Assembly (NCBI GenBank): GCA_030390025.1
Contig: CM059453.1
Span: forward strand, 7,130,001-7,194,000
DNA from: Squalus acanthias
Lineage: Eukaryota
Reading direction: 5' to 3'
Length of the DNA: 64,000 nucleotides
The notes under the pieces are model-generated. The model was not told the origin of the DNA. It made no database searches and saw nothing but the letters and a program-made list of their open reading frames with translations. The position numbers and the translations under genes are program-made. Positions 57,330-64,000 of this stretch are shown piece by piece; position 1 is the first letter of the stretch; each line of letters opens with the position of its first letter.

Positions 57330-60300
57330 TGACCAGGGGAAGGCACCAGCAGCCAGGTTCACGCCACCATGGCAGGCTCTGCTGCACAGCAGGGCGGGAA
57401 AAAGAATGGTAGAGCTATAGTGATAGGGGACTCAATTGTCAGGGGAATAGACAGGAGTTTCTGTGGACGCAACCGAGATTCCAGGATGGTATGTTCCCTC
57501 CCTGGTGCAAGTGTCAAGGATGTCTCGGAGCGACTGTAGAACATTCTGGAAAGGGAGGGTGAAGGGCCAGCTGTCGTGGTGCATGTAGGTACCAACGATA
57601 TAGGTAAAAATAGGGAAGAGGTCCCACTAGCAGAATTAGGGAGCTAGGAGCTAAATTGAAAAGTAGGACCTCAAAGATGGCAATCTCTGGGTTGCTACCA
57701 GTGCCACGTGCTAATCAGAGTAGCATGAACAGGATATCGAGATTAAACACTTGGCTTGAGCAGTGGTGCAGGAGGGAGGGATTCAAATACCTGAGGCACT
57801 GGAACCAGTTCTGGGGGAAGTGGACCTGTACAAAAGGGACGGTCTGCACTTCGGCAGGACAGGAACAGATGTCCTTGGGGTAATGTTTGCTAAGGCAGTT
57901 CGGGAGGATTTAAACTAATATGGCAGGGGAATGGGAACCTATGTAGCGAAACAGGGGGAAGTAATATGCAGTCAGAAACAAATGTTAGAAGGGTGAGAAA
58001 CAATAAGGGAAATCCGAGTAAACAAAGGCAAGAAACACAAAGGGCCATACTAAATCATAAGTCTAAATGGACAAAGGGTGTTAATAAAACAAGCCTAAAG
58101 GCTCTGTGTCTTAATGCAAGGAGTATCCGTAATAAGGTGGATGAATTGACTGTGCAAATTCATGTTAACGGATATAATGTGATTGGGATTACAGAGACGT
58201 GGCTCCAGAATAATCAAGGCTGGGAACTGAATATCCAGGGGTATTCAACATTCAGGAAGGATAGAATAAAAGGAAAAGGGGGTGGGGTAGCATTGCTAGT
58301 TAAAAAGGAGATTAATGCTATAGCTAGGAAGGACATTAGCTTGGAGGATGTGGAATCAATATGGGTTGAGCTGCAGAACACCAAAGGGCAGAAAACGTTA
58401 GTGGGGGTTGTGTACAGACCTCCAAACAGTAGTAGTGAGGTGGGGGAGGGTATGAAACAGGAAATCAGAGGTGCATGCAAAAAAGGCGCGGCAGTTATCA
58501 TGGGTGACTTTAATATGCATACAGATTGGGCTACTGAAACTGGAACCAATACGGAGGAGGAGGATTTCCTGGAGTGTTTAAGAGATGGTTTACTAAACCA
58601 ATATGTTGAGGAACCAACTCGAGGGGAGGCCATCCTGGACTGGATGTTGTTTAATGAGGAAGGACTAATCAGCAATCTTGTGGTGCGAGGCCCCTTGGGG
58701 AAGAGTGACCATAGTATGGTGGAGTTCTACATTAGGATGGAGAAAGAAACAGTTAATTCAGTGACCATGGTCCAGAACTTAAATAAGGGCAACTTTGAGG
58801 GTATGAGGCGTGAATTGGCGAGGTTAGATTGGCAAGCGATATTTAATGGGTTATCAGTGGAAGGGCAATGGCAGATATTTAGAGATCGCATGGATGAACT
58901 ACAGCAATTGTACATCCCTGTCTGGCATAAAAATAAAAAAGGGAAGGTGGCTCAACAATGGCTAACAAGGGAAATCAGGGATAGTATTAAATGCGAGGAA
59001 ATGGAATACAAATTGGACAGAAGTAGCAGCAAACCCGGGGACTGGGAGAACTTTAAAACTCAGCAGAGGAGGGCGAAGGGTTTGATTAGGGCAGGGAAAA
59101 AAAATATGAAAGGAAGCTTGCGGAGAACATTTAAACGGATTGCAAAAGCTTCTATAAATATGTAAAAAGAAAGAGGTTAGTAAAAACAAACGTAGGTCCC
59201 CTGCTGTCAGAAACAGGGGAAGTCATAATGGGGAACAAAGAAATGGCAGATCAATTGAACAAGTACTTTGGTTTGGTGTTTACTGTGGAGGACGCAAACA
59301 GCCTTCCGGAAATAAAAGAGATCAAATGATCTGGTAAGAGGGAGGAGCTGAGGGAAATCGTTATCAGTCGTTAAAAGGTGTTGGGGAAATTGAGGGGACT
59401 GAAGGCTGATAACTCCCCAGGGCCTGATGGTCTGCATCCCAGAGTACTTTAGGAGGTGTCCTTGGAAATAGTGGATGCATTGACGATCATTTTCCAACAT
59501 TCCTTAGACTCCGGATCAGTTGCGAAGGAGTGGAGGTTGGCTAATGTAACCCCTCTTTTTAAGAAAGGAGGGAGGGAGAAAGCAAGGAATTATAGACCGG
59601 TCAGCCTGACATCGGTGGTGGGTAAAATGATGGAACCAATTATTAAAGATGTCGTAACAGATCTTTCTAAAGTGGCTACATGATAGGTCCAAGTCAGCAT
59701 GGATTTCTGAAAGGGAAATCATGCTTGACAAATCTTCTGGAATTTTTTGAGGATGTTTCCAATAGGGTGGACGGGGGGGAACCAGTAGATGTGGTGTATT
59801 TGGACTTTCAGAAAGCCTTCGACAAGGTCCCACACAAGAGATTGGTGTGCAAAGTTAAAGCACATGGGATTGGGGGTAATGTGTTGACGTGGATTGAGAA
59901 CTGGTTGGCACACAGGAAACAAAGAGTAGGAGTAAATGGGTACTTTTCAGAATGGCAGGCAGTGACCAGCGGGGTACCGCACGGTTCGGTGCTGGGGCCC
60001 CAGCTGTTTACATTATATAGTAATGATTTGGACGAAGGGATTAATTGTAATATCTCCAAATTGGGAGGCAGTGTGAACAATGAGGTCGATGCTAGGAGGC
60101 TACAGAGTGACTTGGACAGGTTGGATGAATGGGCAAATGTATGGCAGATGAAGTACAATGTGGATAAATGTGAGGTTATCCACTTTGGTGGTACAAATAG
60201 GGAGGCAGACTATTACCTGAATGGTGGCAGATTAGGTGCAACGAGACCTGGGCGTCACCGTACATCAGTCACTGAAGGTGGGAAGGCAAGTGCAGCAGGC

Positions 60301-60940
60301 AGTCAAGAACGCAATTGGCATGATGGCCTTCATAGCAAGGGGATTTGAGTACAGGAGTAGGGAGGTGATGCTACAGTTGTACAGGGCCTCGGTGAGGCCA
60401 CACCTGGAGTATTGTGTGCACTTTTGGTCTCCTAACTTGAGGAAGGACATTCTTGCTATTGAGGGAGTGCAATGAAGGTTCACTAGATTGATTCCTGGGA
60501 TGGCCAGACTGACATATCAAGAAAGACTGGATCAACTGAACTTGTATCCTCTGGAGTTCAGAAGAATGAGGGGGGATCTTATAGAGACGTTTAAAATCCT
60601 GACTGGTTTAGACAAATTAGATGCGGGCAGAATGTTTCCAATGTTAGGGAAAACTAAAACCAGTGGTCACAGTCTAAGACTCAGATGAGGAGGAACTTCT
60701 TCACCCAGAGAGTGTTGAATCTGTGGAATTCTCTACCACAGAAGGTTGTTGATGCCAGTTCGCTAAATATATTCAAAAGGGAGTTAGATATAATACTCAC
60801 AACTAGGGGGATCAAGGGGTATGGCGAGAAAGCAGGAATGGGGTACTGAGGTAGCATGTTCAGACATGAACGCATTAAATGGCGGTGCAGGCTCGAAGGA
60901 CCGAATGGTCTACTCCTTCACCTATTTTCTATGTTTCTAT
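57330..60940 (+). mobile_element. CR1 LINE, ORF1 esterase plus degraded ORF2
   Basis: GDS/HVGTND esterase, LNARSIRNK/GITETW/MGDFN/SDH endonuclease, RT motifs and TTTCTATG tail. Head-to-head with the preceding LINE. Confidence 0.95.
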
Positions 60941-61277
60941 GCGTCGAGTGACTGGGAAGATCGAATAAGAATATATTTCGAAAATGTATCTGATGCAATG
61001 ACAACCAACATTTCCCACCATAACTTCCTGTGGGCTGATTTCTATTGGAACCTGTCTGTCTGAACTGATCAAACTGTAATTACACCCTCCCGAAATTTCA
61101 CCTGGGTGCATGGCCAGCTATGCGGGCGGAGCCTGATTGGAGATAATTAAATCGTCCAAAAAAGCAGAAAGTCACGTGTTGTTGTGAGTGAGCGGAAAAC
61201 AGATTACCAGGACGTGAGATTTTTTTTTAGCCCAGATGCACAATCAGTGCTCAAATCAAATACGTCTGAATAAATGA

Positions 61278-63560
61278 TGGGCTGGAAATACGCCTCCGAC
61301 CCGCCAACCAATTACGAAATTACCTGCAGGAGCCAGGCTGCCAAAAGTTGCGGTCTCAGGCCACGTGGCAGAGGTCAGCGTAATGGCCCATGGAATGCCA
61401 AGGGCACAGGCCGTGCGGAAGCGTACTTGGGAATCACATGGGCCTGGTCCTCCAATGACAAACGAGGATTCCATTGCATTCATTCACAAAGGGAATTCCC
61501 TAATGACATTCAGTGGAATCCCAATAATGAAACTTACACAATTAACAGAATTGGAATTTTATTCATAATTACCTTCCTTCCACCAAACTCAATGGGCCAG
61601 AATTTATGGTGTCTTTGACGGCATACGCTCAGCCTATGCCCTCCTGATCCTTCAGTTTGGATCCCGCAAATTCCGGGTCAACAAATGTATTGCGCATGTG
61701 CGCAAACGCGGAACTTGCGATCCGTCGAGGTACGCGTGGACAGATCTAAAAAAAACGACAGATAAATCACATGCGCTGGCGCACATTTGAGCTATTTGCC
61801 CAACTACTGCCCAGCAATTGCCCACCAAACACTGATGGTCAGGAAACGCAGGCGTAGGGCTTGCTTTCACTTGTGTATCGGTTAAAATAAATCTTGATTC
61901 AAAAATGTAAAAATAAAAAAAAGATACACAGATACTTAAAATTCGTTTATGCAAATATTGGCCGGGCTTAAAAAGTTTACAATTATTTTTCAAAAAAATA
62001 TTTATTTGTATCGTTTGGTGTGATTGAGGGACTTTTAATTAAATTTGAAAAAAATAACATTTATATTTATTAGAATTGTCTGAATTGTAAAATTATTTGT
62101 GGATTGCGTTGCATATCATTAGCGGATTCCCTTCGTAAATGACGGCAATGGAATCCGCCACTCTCATTGGAGGACCCGGCCTTCTCGATCCCACAGACGC
62201 TCCCGGACTGTCTGCGTCCCTGGGATCCAGGATCCTTTAGCAGGCGTACGCCGCGTGGCCCAGGATCCGAATTCTCCGTAGCTGTGAAGCCAATGTGTAA
62301 GTTCAGAAATGTTTCGCAGGTGAGCGGTGTACTCCGGAACTACACCTCCGACCCCAAATTCAGGGCCAATAATAATATATTTATTTGATAATAATTTCAT
62401 ACATCTTCAAAACTAACTGGTATCGGGCCAGTATTTGCATAAACACATTTAATACAGTGTATGTGCATACAATTTGGATTTTCAAATGTTTTATTTGAGC
62501 CTTAGATATGTCCTTACACTGATGTACACAGGCTCTTTGCGTGCATCAACCTTAAGACTTACATGAACAATTCCTGGGCAGTCGCTGGCCAAATAGCCGA
62601 AATCAGCGCCAGCGATTGCATCATCAGAGCCCCTGCGGATGGCCAGTCAATACTTAGGTTCACAGGTCGCAAGTACCAGAAATCTGGAATTACTGCACAT
62701 CTCAAAGGGATTACGATGGCATACTCTACCATCTCAGACAACGCAATTCCAGGGCTGACAACTTAAAATTATTTGGATCTCTCGCCAGAACTCGTCTGTG
62801 CGCATAATTATGGATCTCTTTAAATTAGCACCAGATTTTTAGGCGCCGAATTTGGCGACCCCTACTGGTGCGTACGAGATGTGTACGCATCTGTCGGGTC
62901 ATGCGAAGCGAATGCGCTAATACCCGGCACTTGCGATCTGTCAAAAATCTTTTTGACAGATCCTCCACATCACCGGGAGATGGGCCCCTGCGGGTGGAGA
63001 GTTATGCTTTTTGCACAACTTACACCCGCTGAAAGGCCATAGAATTCTTACGCCCAGTGTAAGATTTTAAAATAACGTTAACAATATTTTTTTAATTATT
63101 TAAACATTAAAAAACCTTTGCAGTAATGTAAGGTTAATTTAGCTGATTTAAAACATTTAGTTTTTATTTTCAAAAAATGTAATTTTTGTTTAAAATATTT
63201 AATAAAATGGCAATTTAATTAATTTTTCATTTGTAATGGTTTTTCTTTATTTCTTTCAGTGTGTTGGTGCATTTTTGTAGTCATCCCCATTCATACTTTT
63301 GACAGTTCTGTGCTGACGGAACACTCAAAAGGATGAAGGGGGATTCGTTTATTCCATTGGTTAGCCCAGCCCACGTTATCGCAGGGGCGCTTGCGAAGCG
63401 CATGCGCCCATTGGGATACCTGGGTCTCTGCGCATTATGAAGAGGAGAGGCCCAGGATCGCAAGCCTCGGTATCTATGGAACCATCAGGTAAGATGTTAG
63501 ATATTTTTCCGATCGGAGGCATCCGCCCGCAGGAAGCCTCCGAACGGAAATGCAGGGCCA
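61278..63560. mobile_element. Cluster of nested MITE-like elements
   Basis: Termini GGGCTGGAAAT (61278), GGGCCAGAATTT (61594), AATTCAGGGCC (about 62367) and AAATGCAGGGCC (about 63560). AT-rich cores related to 49967-51885. Confidence 0.55.
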
Positions 63561-64000
63561 TTGTCTCTGGTGTTTCATTGCAAGCTTTATTGGTAACCTG
63601 GTCCCCGGTTGTGAGTGTTCATACTGTGGACCAATGGATTTCAATAGATTAACAGACAGATACGATCTTAGAAATAGTTTGTAAAATTGTTATTTTCAAA
63701 GAATATATGAAAAAATTTGAAAAGTTACATTAATGAAAAATTCACACTGTCAAACCTACTACAATGAACTCGAACTTGGGAACGTAAATCAAAACATGCG
63801 ACCCATTTTCTGAACGCCCAACATTCTCATAGTCCTTGTTGCAATGCAAAGGTGTTTGATTTACTTTATGTTATCAGGTGTTTTAAAGTATTGTCAGTCT
63901 CAATACCAACCGCGCTGACAGTATAACTCCTGTTCACTTTCAGTTCGGTTAAATTGCTGCATATTCGCAGGTCTCCTCATTTTGAATATATTGATGATGT

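Noticed and set aside
57966-59165. 399-aa ORF as a host or domesticated gene
   Set aside because: It is the APE endonuclease region of a CR1 ORF2 that is frameshifted and stopped downstream.
60929-61111. Candidate TM or Ig exon of gene C (WWEMLVVIAS or IEISPQEVMVG)
   Set aside because: No polypyrimidine tract, hydrophobic run too short, wrong phase and no donor.

Overview
Repeat-rich vertebrate genomic DNA, very probably from a cartilaginous fish (inferred from the CR1, Penelope and Deu-domain SINE content and shark-type satellites). It contains a small cluster of Siglec (CD22/CD33/MAG)-like immunoglobulin-superfamily receptor genes that the ORF track shows only in pieces. Gene B (+, 26265-40076) has 8 coding exons (about 527 aa: leader, V-set, 3 C2-like domains, uncharged TM, ITIM plus ITSM-like tail). 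Gene A (+, 3' part only, 5796-7182) shares an about 90% identical membrane-proximal Ig exon with B. It has an Arg-containing LILRA/GPVI-like TM, a destroyed splice donor giving a very short tail, and decayed relics of the inhibitory tail exons. Gene C (-, 45428-45589) is seen only as an ITIM exon with a stop codon just before the ITIM. Together these look like a paired activating/inhibitory receptor system whose tails are being reshaped by splice-site and stop mutations. Two divergent Gypsy LTR retrotransposons lie in gene A introns. Both lack a tRNA primer-binding site and share an 11-13 nt PBS complementary to their own LTR, which suggests self-priming. A tRNA-iMet head plus Tx1 tail chimeric retrocopy sits in a MITE. 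The rest is CR1/L2 LINE fragments, Penelope ends, SINEs, nested Harbinger-like MITEs, minisatellites, a 1.58-kb tandem repeat unit in about 2.5 copies and one assembly gap. All alignments and counts were made by eye.
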